64,000 nt of DNA from Synechococcus sp. (GCA_047285535.1 JBJBDC010000001.1:192136-256135), one strand, 5' to 3'; numbered from the stretch's first letter, positions 10,142 through 20,199 are shown. The notes: generated from the sequence alone by a model not told the origin. Numbers and translations are program-made.

Positions 10142-10440
10142 GAAACATGCCTTTGGTAAAAATCAATCGCCTTCTCCTGCATGGGATCTACATGAATCAG
10201 TGATTGAACTCGCACGATGCGTTGCCGAGAGTGGGCCCAGTTGTGCTGTCTAAAGCGAAATAGAGATCCTGCTGGTGATCCTAGGCAGTTGTCTCGATTG
10301 AATGGCTCGCTCTTAAGTGCAGCACAAACGCTGATTCCAAGCTACGAGGACAGTGACAGCAGTCAGATTCCATCAAGAGTGCGGAACCAATCCTCTTCCT
10401 GAGAGGTAAGGAGGTTGCCAAAATTATTGATGAGACTCCC

Positions 10441-10833
10441 TTAGCGACAAACTGCTCCCATCAACTCTTCATGAGCCCTACTCTTTAAAAAAATGTATGC
10501 GTTGACATCATTATTTTCATGCTGAGACCAATCGGCCAGCAGGTTCGCTTCAATAGGGATCCCCTCGATCCACTCTGGATCGAGAGCTGGTGAACCATCA
10601 AATCGACCTCGACATTTTAGTTCGCGCCAAACACATTGCAGATCACTCTGTGTCTCTAGATGGTCCAGATCTTTGGAAAGCGTTACAAGATTTCGAACAG
10701 TACCCAAATAGTCTCCTGCACTGTCGAATTCATTGTTCAGAAGCCATTGCTGCTGAGGTTGATGGCAGTTTCCTTGAGCCTTGTCATTTCCCATTGACGT
10801 CATATTGACGTTTGACTCCATTGATGACTTCAA
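10441..10833 (-). CDS. Hypothetical protein (start uncertain)
   Basis: 130-codon ORF with protein-like composition downstream of the abrB terminator; no family recognised. Confidence 0.5.
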   Translation of the reverse strand: MKSSMESNVNMTSMGNDKAQGNCHQPQQQWLLNNEFDSAGDYLGTVRNLVTLSKDLDHLETQSDLQCVWRELKCRGRFDGSPALDPEWIEGIPIEANLLADWSQHENNDVNAYIFLKSRAHEELMGAVCR

Positions 10834-10843
10834 GGCTTGGCAT

Positions 10844-10868
10844 AAAAAAACCCCGCTTGTGGCGGGGC
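10844..10868 (-). terminator. Rho-independent terminator of the cyAbrB gene
   Basis: Minus strand reads CCCCGC-CACAA-GCGGGG followed by T7, about 25 nt after the stop codon. Confidence 0.85.
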
Positions 10869-10893
10869 TTTGCTCATCAGTAGGAAGAAGGAC

Positions 10894-11262
10894 TCAATCT
10901 TCCCCTTCTTCCTCACCACCTACAGGAATTAAGCGAATGGCTTTTTTGCCAAGCTTGATTGTGAATTCGTCACCCACTTGGAGATCTAGCATGGCTGTAT
11001 AAGCCTTGCCAATCAGCAGATTGCCGTTGCCTTGTACGGTTGCAACGTAAGAAAGCTTGCGCCCGCCTTTACCAACTCCAGCGTTTCCGCCTCCAAGATC
11101 AATGCCTTTGGCATTGAGGAGCGCCTCATAAAAAGCAGTGAAATTGACGCGGTCGCTTCCGTCTTTCTTTTTGGAGACGTAGCCGCAAGCTGTGGCGAGA
11201 TCAGTCTTGGATACATCGCCTAGGTCTTTGACCTTGGTGAGCAGTTCGGTTCCGGTCAGCAT
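10894..11262 (-). CDS. Cyanobacterial AbrB-like transcriptional regulator (cyAbrB)
   Basis: MLTGTELL-KVK, ACGYVS, NFTAFYEALLNAKG, GRKLSYVATVQGNGNLLIGKAYT and GDEFTIKLG. Confidence 0.93.
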   Translation of the reverse strand: MLTGTELLTKVKDLGDVSKTDLATACGYVSKKKDGSDRVNFTAFYEALLNAKGIDLGGGNAGVGKGGRKLSYVATVQGNGNLLIGKAYTAMLDLQVGDEFTIKLGKKAIRLIPVGGEEEGED

Positions 11263-11754
11263 TTGAAACTTTCGTTTCACTATTAATAACAAACTCCAGG
11301 CCTACTAGTCAACTATTTGCCTTTATCAGTCGCTTTCCCTTTTGCCTCCTTGGGTTGGAGGAATCGATTCTGCTTCAAATTCTCTGCCACATGAGGGATG
11401 CACTCACTAGCTTTGCCTAGTTGCTGTAAGCCTTTTGGGGCTTTTAGGTGATGCCCGTGATCCAGAGCATAGTCAGATGTAGAGACTCATTTTGAATGGT
11501 GGCCCATTTGCATCTTGCTATCGCCAAATGTCTTACATGCGCAGTGCCATGGTCTGATCTCTCCGCTGATGCTTCCGAAGTTCGAGCCTCTAAACGAGTG
11601 CCTCGAGTGGTTTCGCGTTGACGTTGACTACACTCGTGGTTGTCACTGATGCTTCTTGTCTGGTTGTGCTCTGCTGACCCTCAGTTAATACCGATCGCTG
11701 GCTGGTGGAGCTTTATCTTCCGACCAATCCATGGACAGTTTTCAGCTCACAAGG

Positions 11755-12066
11755 TCAGTTTGAAGCATCCAAATGGACATGGATCCCACAGCATTGGCTC
11801 ACTCGTTCAGTGTGGCAACGGTAAAGTCCCTGGACTTCTAAATCAGAATCCTTCGTCTCTGAAGTCACCATCGAAAGGGGAATGGTTTCTTCAATTGCGA
11901 GTGCCATTCCTTGGATTGTTGGAAGAGATCGATCTTCCAAGCTTTTTCGATGATCGATTGCTGCCAAGTCGATCAATAGAGCCTGATTTCTACTCAGGGG
12001 CTGGATTTCAAAACTCCATCGTTTGATGGCGTCAAGCGTTGCAGTAGACATAAGCACCCCAGCCAT
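11755..12066 (-). CDS. Hypothetical protein
   Basis: 103-codon ORF with natural composition; no function recognised. Confidence 0.55.
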   Translation of the reverse strand: MAGVLMSTATLDAIKRWSFEIQPLSRNQALLIDLAAIDHRKSLEDRSLPTIQGMALAIEETIPLSMVTSETKDSDLEVQGLYRCHTERVSQCCGIHVHLDASN

Positions 12067-12598
12067 CTGTTCGCTCTTTGATCACATTGCCCTGCTTCAA
12101 GCTCGAGCTGGGCTTTTGCTCGGTGTGGACTGCCGCTTACGATTTCTGTTTGCTCCTTTGGAATCGCCATCAAGGCAAGTGTTGTCTTGACTATCCTTGA
12201 ATTGGGAAGACGTAGTGGTGAACAGGTTTTGCCCTGGTCTTCCTCTCTTTGTAGTAGGAAAGATATTAAGCGTCCAAACTAAATGATAGTTTTTATATCA
12301 ATCCCTGTATTTGCAACGCTTCTCGACTCTGTAGCCCTCCTGGACGGATCACAGGCATTGGTAAATGGTGATGTTGCTCCCATGGCCTAGAGATTGACGG
12401 CTTTCTGCCGAGTATTGCCATTGTTGGAGATTTTGAGACTTGCTCGCAGTCGTGAAGGGTTAGGCTTGATCGCACTAGGTGTTTCAATCGCAGAGCGCTG
12501 CTGTTCAGGGTCAACCCCCAAACGCTTACTCTTGTGGTTCAGTTCATAGGTGGCTTTGGCCTCAAAACTTTTATAAATTCAGTCTTGCTGGTTAGCGA

Positions 12599-12865
12599 AT
12601 GCCATCACCTAAATCCACAACTCAACCCAATGTGCGCTGTTGGGTGTGGTTCAAGGGCAATCCGCTCAAGACAGAGGGTTGTTGGAAGGGTGGGTGGTAT
12701 GGAGCGCCTTCCGTCATAGGAGGCATCAGGATTGAGCATCATGATTACGTGCCTTGCAGGGTGCCGGAGTGGAGGGTTGTGTTTGCAGAACCTGCTGATA
12801 TGAAGGCAGCACCATCGATTCCGGAAGGTGAGCAGTGGAAATTATATCCGACTGAACCTCAGTGA
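12599..12865 (+). CDS. Small Trp/Gly/Cys-rich conserved hypothetical protein
   Basis: CWVWFKG...WKGGW...CRVPEWRV pattern, followed by a terminator-like hairpin. Confidence 0.7.
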   Translation: MPSPKSTTQPNVRCWVWFKGNPLKTEGCWKGGWYGAPSVIGGIRIEHHDYVPCRVPEWRVVFAEPADMKAAPSIPEGEQWKLYPTEPQ

Positions 12866-12882
12866 AAAATTCAGTCGGTTTT
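12848..12882 (+). terminator. Putative terminator overlapping the stop codon of 12599..12865
   Basis: CCGACTGAA / TTCAGTCGG inverted repeat followed by TTTT. Confidence 0.5.
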
Positions 12883-12889
12883 GAAAAGA

Positions 12890-14137
12890 TCTGAATGGTT
12901 AAATGCTTTTTATTTGGTTTTGGTTGTGAGTTCTTGTTTGAAGTCTCTACATTCTTGGTCCAATTGGTCTAAGGCCCTAGGATTCACTCTAAGCATTAAC
13001 CTAATGGCTTTACAAAACATATGAAAGTTAGCTTCTGCTGCTTCTGGCTGGTTGTTGTATGAAAAGTGTTCACCACCTCCAATCCAAGGTTGGTATGCAG
13101 GATCAAAGACTTCGCAGAAGAAGCCAAAGGGCCCATAGTCAAGCGTAACGCCACCAGCTGCACAGTTTCACTATTGAAATTACCTTGGCAATAACCAACT
13201 TGTAACTGGTGAACCACTAATGAAGATAAGCGTTCTCGATACAGTCGAGCCAATTCATTGAATTGAAAATCTTTCGTTTGATCAATTTGGTTGAGATACT
13301 CTCGTTCTATTAAATGAGATATGAGCATCCGCAACTCTTCTATTCGTTCAGGCTGGTTACTCTTTCGAACTCTTCGCGCAAATAATTCAAGCTGCCCAAC
13401 ACGTAAAAATGACGGAGCTGCGCGTGTGGATATTGCAACTGCATCTTCAACTAAAATATCAGGCTCTAAGGAATTTGAATTTTCAGAATACCAAGGTCGT
13501 CTAACTGTCTCTGATTTCGAAACATAGAGTGTCAAAGATCGAGATGTGGGAATCCCAAGTGCCTGCATGAATTCCTAAGCAAGAAATTCTCTGACGCTTG
13601 AACGTAGAACTGCGCGATCGTCAGCTCCTCGACAGTAAGGAGTTGGACCTCCACCCTTTAGCTGCATTTCCCATCGCTTGCCTTTGAAGATTCCCTCAAA
13701 GACAGAAATGACTCGACCGTAACCGTAACCATTGCCGCTTCCAAAAGGATACTGTTGGTTGTATTCAGTACCATACATTGATAGTGCATATCCAGTTGCC
13801 CAGCCATAAGGACGCATTGGTTTGATCGAGGCAGAAAGATCTCCTGAGAATATTTTTTGAAACGATTCATCTGCGGCTAGTGTGCTAGCCAGTCCTAGCT
13901 CTTAAAAAAGATCTTACTATGACTATATAGATAGGCTTCTCAATTGGTTTTGGTGTGACAGGAACACAATGACCCGAGCAAACTTCTCGAAGCTTATGCT
14001 CATTGCCATCTTCCGTTGATTCTGGATCAGCATACAGCCTGTTAAGTCGAGAGTAGTTAACTAGTTGTACAAAATCGTCTAAGGTTGAAAGAGATGGCTT
14101 TGATGTTGCCTTTGTCGCCTTTGATGCATTTGATATA
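12890..14137 (-). pseudogene. selO: Protein adenylyltransferase SelO/YdiU pseudogene
   Basis: Fragments [63 protein letters not shown] and GYCQGNFNS. There is an in-frame TAG at 13575-13577, frameshifts near 13915 and 13167, and the C-terminus is lost. Confidence 0.9.
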
Positions 14138-14347
14138 CAGCTGCTCCCTCTTGTGATTTGATGACCTGAATGCCTGATCTGATTTCGTGTCTATGGTTTC
14201 CAATGTCTTCGCTTTTTATACCACTTTTACCCCTTGAAACGCAGAATGTTTGGATTTTAAGATCTGCATTGGAGTATTCAATTAAATCAATAATTGCATA
14301 TTGCGGCCTTTACGGTCATCTAGAGGTCGCCTGATTTATTTGATATC

Positions 14348-14854
14348 TTGAATAAGAACAATCGTTTGTTGTTCACACAATACGAGATCATAACTTTTAA
14401 GATCTTTGTTCTCTTTGCCTTGTTGGCGATGCTTTGTCTTATAGATGAGCGTTGCGTATTATGTGAAAAGTTTAACGCCTTTTCTTTTGTTCATGACTCT
14501 CTACCCTTCCGATTGATGATGGACTTGATGCGTTCAAATTCTATTACCAGTCTTCACCGATTATCATCAGTTGATGATGTTATTAAATTTGTCGAGCTAT
14601 GTGTTGAAGAGGATCTGGTTATACATTTTGTTTTGAAAGAAGAATTAGATGCATTCATTAAACCAAGCAATACCTCTGGTGCTTGGGTTCGCCAACAAAT
14701 TGATGGCGTGAGGATCAAGGCTGTTGATCGAGCAGGGTTTACGATTTATGCTATTTGGATGAGAGAATCTTTGATGAAAGACTACGTTGAGTATTTAGAG
14801 TCGATTAAGAAAACACTTTCTGATGCTTCTGTTTTTTCTTTTCCAGTGATCTAA
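14348..14854 (+). CDS. Hypothetical protein (real start probably a later Met, around 14516)
   Basis: Long ORF in AT-rich DNA with a globular-looking C-terminal ~110 aa; no family recognised. Confidence 0.5.
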   Translation: MNKNNRLLFTQYEIITFKIFVLFALLAMLCLIDERCVLCEKFNAFSFVHDSLPFRLMMDLMRSNSITSLHRLSSVDDVIKFVELCVEEDLVIHFVLKEELDAFIKPSNTSGAWVRQQIDGVRIKAVDRAGFTIYAIWMRESLMKDYVEYLESIKKTLSDASVFSFPVI

Positions 14855-15308
14855 GCATGGGTTGAATCTTAGACGGATTGATACTTTTTGCCACCTGAGT
14901 CTTCTTGGTATCCAGCCACTTTGAATCAGGGCGTATGTAACCATTCGGTTTGGTGACAACCTATCGATTGTTGTTTCCCGTTCAGTAAATCTGATTAGCC
15001 ATGCGACTGATATCCCCACTCTTTTTCAACATTTCGGTTGGCTTTGGATCATTCTTCGTGTAGGCGTGAGTGGTACTATCTGAGCGAGCTCAAGTTTTGT
15101 TTTCTTGTCTCATTCAGTAGACGCTGATTGAAGCCTAATGGCAATATAGTTGTCTTCTGACAGCCGAAAAGCACCTGTCCTTCCGAGTCTTTTTGATCTG
15201 CCATGAGTGTAGGCCGTGTTTGTAGTGTAGGAGCCCCAGCCTCTTTTCAATTAGCTGATTCATGGCACCACTATCACAGATCTTTTGTTGATAGTGATTT
15301 TTGTTCGT

Positions 15309-15428
15309 TCAGCCGCAGGCTCCTACACATTCAAAGCTTCCAGTACTCGAAGCCGCTAAGGCGATAAAAATAATCACAACCGTTGCTGAAACTAAAACAA
15401 CAGGCCAAATTTCTGTATCTGGACTCAT
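15309..15428 (-). CDS. Putative 39-aa single-TM peptide MSPDTEIWPVVLVSATVVIIFIALAASSTGSFECVGACG
   Basis: Translated by hand (below the ORF-track cutoff). ATG..TGA with one clean hydrophobic helix and a C-terminal CxxxC. Confidence 0.55.
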   Translation of the reverse strand: MSPDTEIWPVVLVSATVVIIFIALAASSTGSFECVGACG

Positions 15429-15449
15429 CGCGGCAATCTCAATAGAGAC

Positions 15450-15467
15450 TTGAATATTATCATTCAA
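15450..15467. promoter_or_regulatory. Imperfect palindrome TTGAATATTATCATTCAA, candidate Fur-family operator
   Basis: TTGAAT/ATTCAA arms. The minus strand reads AATGATAAT-ATT, close to the Fur-box core AATGATAATCATT. It lies 22-39 nt upstream of the 39-aa ORF. Confidence 0.35.
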
Positions 15468-17122
15468 TCTTAACATCTAAATTGAGACTAAGCTCATTAT
15501 GATCCATCTTGTCAAGTTTTGATTCTCAACTTGTGTGAGTGAGTAATGAGTCTTCACCTCTGCTTGTTATTCTAAGGCAGTCAATCTGGTGCTTTTTTCT
15601 AGTTGGGCGCACTATTTCATAAGACTTGCCCTCAATATTCGGTTTTAGGTTTCCCCACATGTCTGCTGCCGTTTATAACCAATTGAACCGTAACCTTTGG
15701 CGATGATCACTCACCCAGTTTTCCTAACGAAATAAATGTTGTGATGATTGCAGTGAGTCTGCTTCGGTCAGAAAATGCCCAGACCAATCTTTTTACTCAT
15801 GGGAAGTGCTTAGGTAGTACAACTACTTATGTGTCTCCAATAATCCTTTGCTTAAGCGTCAGCGTGACAAAAGGTTCTTGGACCATCTTCAGCCTCAACA
15901 TCTGATTTCTGTAAGATATGCTATCCCTTGGCCATGTCCTGATCAGTTGTGCATCCTACCTGGCGGAAGTCTTGGTTCTTGTCACAAGTAAGGCTCAAGG
16001 TTTTTGGCATCAATGAAATGCTCTTTTCCTCTACCTCATCAGAATACGCAGAGTATGATTTCCTCAACAGGATGAATTTCATCAATATGAGCCTACCTCA
16101 GTCGTAGCCTTTCATGCCTAATTTGAGATTCAGTTGTTCTAGGCTTTACTCGCCTAGATTCTTGACCTTACTGACTTCATCAGCCCTTCTACTTTCGTGA
16201 GAGCGGTTGAGAAATTTTGATTATCTTTTACATCTGATTTTTTCTTTGACTGACCTAGGATTCCTTTTGATTATATTGCAAGTTTGCAGCTATATGTATG
16301 GTGTGCCTCAAATCAGTCGCATGAACAGTTCTTTTATGTCAACTTTTTGAGATTTGATCGCCAAGTCAAGTGAATCAAAATTAGGCACACTGGGAGAAGA
16401 CTGGTACGTTTGTCTCTGTTGTTTTATTCAAAACCGTCGAAACGACCACCAGTCTTATGTCCTTGGATCGTATTTCTTAAGAGATGGTTGGTTGTTGGTT
16501 AAACAATTTATTTTCGGGGACCCTGTGACTGTTGTTCCTGTTATGAAAATTATGAATCAAGACGGTCAATATTTCTCGAATCCTCGAATGGAGTTGGGCT
16601 CAACGTAAGGTTGTGAGTTATAACCAATCTCCGAATCCTAGCTTATTATCATTCTGACTTTATTTGATTCCAGCTATAGGAGATCGAAATTTAGATTCGA
16701 TCGAAAGTGTATATGATAAAGGTTGTGATTTTCTCAGATCACTCTTTTAGACTTAATTTATTCTCTTGTATTGAGGCTGTAATGCAGATTTGGTTTGTGA
16801 ATCAATCAATTAAAACATTCAAGGGCTTGGGTTTAACTGGTTTGTCGATGGCATTAGTCACTACTAGTATGGTGTAGTTAACCCATTAAGTGTTTCGATA
16901 CTAAAGGTTTGAACCCATAAGATCCAGCTACTAACGATTGAAGTGTTTCCAGTCTTGATATTGACAACACTGGTAAATCTGTGACGGTTACATCTTTTGC
17001 TCTCATTGAAGCGCTAGGCTTGAATGAGAGTCAACCCTTAATACGTAGTTATGTTTGGAAGGTGATTTTGACAGATTGGAGAATCTCATGTTCAGCCTAA
17101 ACTGATTAATAGAGGAGGTGCT

Positions 17123-17437
17123 ATGAACGTTCAATCGAGACGCAGCATTGTTATTCCTATAGCTTTGTTGGTAGGGGTAATCGTTTTGCTTTTTAATCAA
17201 AGGAGTATCAGGATAGAGAGTTTTAAGGATGGTGCAAAATGTATTATTAAGGGAGCTAAAAGTGCAAATTTAGACCCTGCAGATCCACAATGTCAGGAGT
17301 ATTTCAAATATCAAATTAATGTCCTCAGTCAAACAATAGAGAATGCACCAAGGACAGAGCTAGGTGATGACTTGGTTGCCATTACCAAAAGGGAAATGGT
17401 CAGATGGATTCAAATCAGAGATAATGGTGCCTTTTAA
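17123..17437 (+). CDS. Hypothetical protein with an N-terminal membrane anchor
   Basis: Strong RBS GAGGAGG before the ATG, hydrophobic IVIPIALLVGVIVLLF, and two Cys residues. Confidence 0.7.
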   Translation: MNVQSRRSIVIPIALLVGVIVLLFNQRSIRIESFKDGAKCIIKGAKSANLDPADPQCQEYFKYQINVLSQTIENAPRTELGDDLVAITKREMVRWIQIRDNGAF

Positions 17438-17549
17438 AATTAAACGAAGCAATGACTCAAAGGCGTATATTCAGTGTAGTGAATATGCCCTCTTTGACAT
17501 GTATAGTCTTGGAGGGCAATTAGATGCTGGCTATCCTTTCTTATTGGTT

Positions 17550-17996
17550 CTAATGTGTATGATTCGGGTAGTATTCTCTAAGCTCAATGATTGTTTCTTT
17601 TAATTCGTTTGCATGTTGTGAATCTGAATTTTGTTTTGCTTTCATTGATGCCACGATTACGGCATGGTGTTTTTTGAGTCGTTCGGCGTAGTCATCTTGA
17701 CTAGGTTTAACGCGTTGAGTTAAAAAATAATCACTGATTGTGTCTATGATTGATTGTGCGTGAGATTCCTTGTTGGCAATTGATCTTGCTAGTTGATTGT
17801 TGGATTGAGCATCATTCTTCCCTGAGTTGTCTTGAATCAGAATTACTGTTTTTTGGATGGTATCAGCATCTTCAAGCATCGATTGAACACGTGCATTGTC
17901 ATCGTAAATACCACACGGTAGTTGGCAATGACTGCGCGCGATGCCTGTGCTCAGGAGTGCTGTTGTAAGCGTGAATGCGGTTATCAGGATTTTCAT
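17550..17996 (-). CDS. sodN: Nickel superoxide dismutase family protein with a Sec-like signal peptide
   Basis: Ni-hook HCQLPCGIYD directly after a 22-aa leader; NQLAR-I-NKE-HA, YFLTQRVKP and MKAKQ helical-bundle motifs. Confidence 0.88.
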   Translation of the reverse strand: MKILITAFTLTTALLSTGIARSHCQLPCGIYDDNARVQSMLEDADTIQKTVILIQDNSGKNDAQSNNQLARSIANKESHAQSIIDTISDYFLTQRVKPSQDDYAERLKKHHAVIVASMKAKQNSDSQHANELKETIIELREYYPNHTH

Positions 17997-18419
17997 GAGA
18001 GCTTTCTTGTGCTTAGAAATTAATCTGTTTTTACCTCAGGAGCTTATCAATTTTTCAATTAATTATCATGCTTCCTTAAGCTGATTAAGTATATTCTCAT
18101 GACACTCTCACTTTCCTCTCACATGCGTCTTCTTATTGCAATTCGAATAGCTACTTAGATTTACAATTTTTTAATTCAATCCATCTTCTATGCCTGGGGT
18201 TAATGGGCCTTAATTATTATCCCAAATGCAATTATTAGTGGTGGTTTTATGTATTGTTGTTGTTCGTTTTAGGGGTGCAAGTGTGCTTCGTATTTGGGTG
18301 TCTATGATTGTTATTGTTGTTGTCATCTGTTTGTTTATGCTGATTCAATTTAATAAAGTCTCTTCTTGTTTCGGGTGGATGAAGCTGTATAGATACTGGC
18401 TTGGTGAGATTCTCTGTCG

Positions 18420-18704
18420 TTATTGCTTCGCTCGATAGAAAAGTTGGGTTTGTTGCTGAGTTGCTGAGTCAGACTTTAATTCTTTTCTGATTGATATTAC
18501 GCTCGCAGCAATCACTGTTAATACAAAAAAACTAAGAAATATCTTTGTATAGTTTTTGCAGGTTTGGCTATGCTCAATGATTGCACGTCTTTTGCTTTTA
18601 TCAAGCTGATGCCATGGAGTGTGGGCTAGGCGCCGGGTTTGATTGATGAATTCTGATGTTTTGTTGTGAGTCAGTCCGTGTTCTTTCCAAAGAGCTTTGT
18701 TCAT
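18420..18704 (-). CDS. Hypothetical membrane protein, possibly truncated or frameshifted
   Basis: 94-codon ORF with one TM segment (IFLSFFVLTVIAASVI). Confidence 0.4.
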   Translation of the reverse strand: MNKALWKEHGLTHNKTSEFINQTRRLAHTPWHQLDKSKRRAIIEHSQTCKNYTKIFLSFFVLTVIAASVISIRKELKSDSATQQQTQLFYRAKQ

Positions 18705-18843
18705 TTTTAGTTAGTCAGTGAATAAGTGGTTGAAAGGACAATCGGAACGCTTTGTCTGTTCTCCCCATGAATGCAAACACCAGCTTATAAAGGATTTTGT
18801 TCAGGCGCCACGGTCATCCTTAGCAACCTACCTGGATGAGATC

Positions 18844-18892
18844 AATAGTCCTTCCAATACGAAGGACTATTCATTTTCCTTTTGTCTTTCTT
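18844..18892 (+). terminator. Perfect 11-bp hairpin followed by a T-rich tract
   Basis: AATAGTCCTTC-CAATAC-GAAGGACTATT, then CATTTTCCTTTTGTCTTTCTT. Confidence 0.4.
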
Positions 18893-20199
18893 TATGAACA
18901 ATCAATGACTCCTGTTTGCCCGTATGTAGCTGAGACTTTCTGTCTTGCCGATTCATCGTGGCTTCCTTCCCTTCAACTACTCGCCGATGCCACTCGACAG
19001 GATTAGGCTAATCTGACGTCTTTATTGACTGCCATTTACTGATCAATGCTCTATGACTTTACGAGTTCTTTAGAGTGATCAATGAATGCTTTCCTATTGT
19101 ATGAGTTTGGTTTAGAATTCTCAAGGGTGCCATTATTATTATGCAAACGAATGTCTGTTCTTTGTATTTCTCTTTCCACTCTGGCTGATCGAGGAAAATC
19201 CTGCATAGTCTAAATGAGCTCCTGTTACCATTCTATTTGATTGATCCTTAATTGGTTTGAATGGATATCCTTCTGCGCTTTTTCTTGATCTTTTGATCTA
19301 TAGATATAGTCGTCTGATTTTCTCACTGGCACTAATCCTTTATGTCTCTATCGAAGGAAACCAATTTTTGGAGTTTAGAAATGATCCCCCATCTTTTTCC
19401 AGGGACTTGCGTCTATTTAATGGTGTCCGGGGCTCGCTGATTCCATTGATTGTCCAGCACAAATCTTCTTTTTTGTTGCAGGGAGCTCTTGATCTGCCTC
19501 ATTTCAGTCTGGGTTTGAGCCTCATGTGTTCTCATCTACGGTTGTGGAATGTGGAGTCATACGTATTCGCTTTGGTTGGGACGGTATTGATTCCTCGCTT
19601 GTACTGCTTTTCAGTAGCTTGTATGCATGTCTTTTTATTTGTCATTGTTGATAGGATCTTTTCCTGTTTTTCACTTTAATGTCAACTTAAGGGTGCTTTA
19701 CTCCTGGTCGTGACTCTTCTTGGCAGGCTTATTTCCTTATTGGCAATCAAGGATTGGCATCATTATTTTTGCTGTTTTTTATTGATTGCAATGCTGAGTT
19801 AATGCTGTTTATCTCCTGCGAGAACCTCAGCCTTTTGTTTCTACGTCCTTTCACGAGTTTGTTCCATTGGTCGGTTGTTTCCTGTCGATTGTGGCCTTTA
19901 TGAAACTTGTCTGATCTTGAGTGTCCATGTAGTTTTCTAGCTTTTTGATCATCGTCTTCTCATTTTCATGCTTCTGTCCGATTTACTCATCCGATATCCT
20001 CGGAATTAGCTGACTATTTTAGTTTTGGTGCTTCAACTTGCTTCATGTCATCTGATGGCTGTCTTTGTTTCAGACTCGTTCGTTTCTCTATCGCTTCAAG
20101 ATTCCTTCTTTATTCCCCAGCCCTAGGAGCTTCTAATTTGGCTGTATCTCTTGACGAGCCAGGCTGAACGCGCGTTCATCTGCGAAGTTACTAAATCAC

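Noticed and set aside
12293..12580. Minus-strand frame reading ...RLRASLKISNNGN..., faintly like the cyAbrB YxxxVxxNGN motif
   Set aside because: Too few matching residues and the flanking motifs are absent; likely chance.
13575..13577. In-frame stop in selO as programmed recoding (selenocysteine or pyrrolysine)
   Set aside because: It is TAG at a position reading as Gln (CAG>TAG), and the gene also has frameshifts and a truncation, so simple decay explains it.
19257..19679. 140-aa hydrophobic plus-strand ORF, and similar ones at 18226..18438 and 20840..21073
   Set aside because: The Leu/Phe richness is explained by the T-rich strand skew, there is no RBS, and they are probably not genes.
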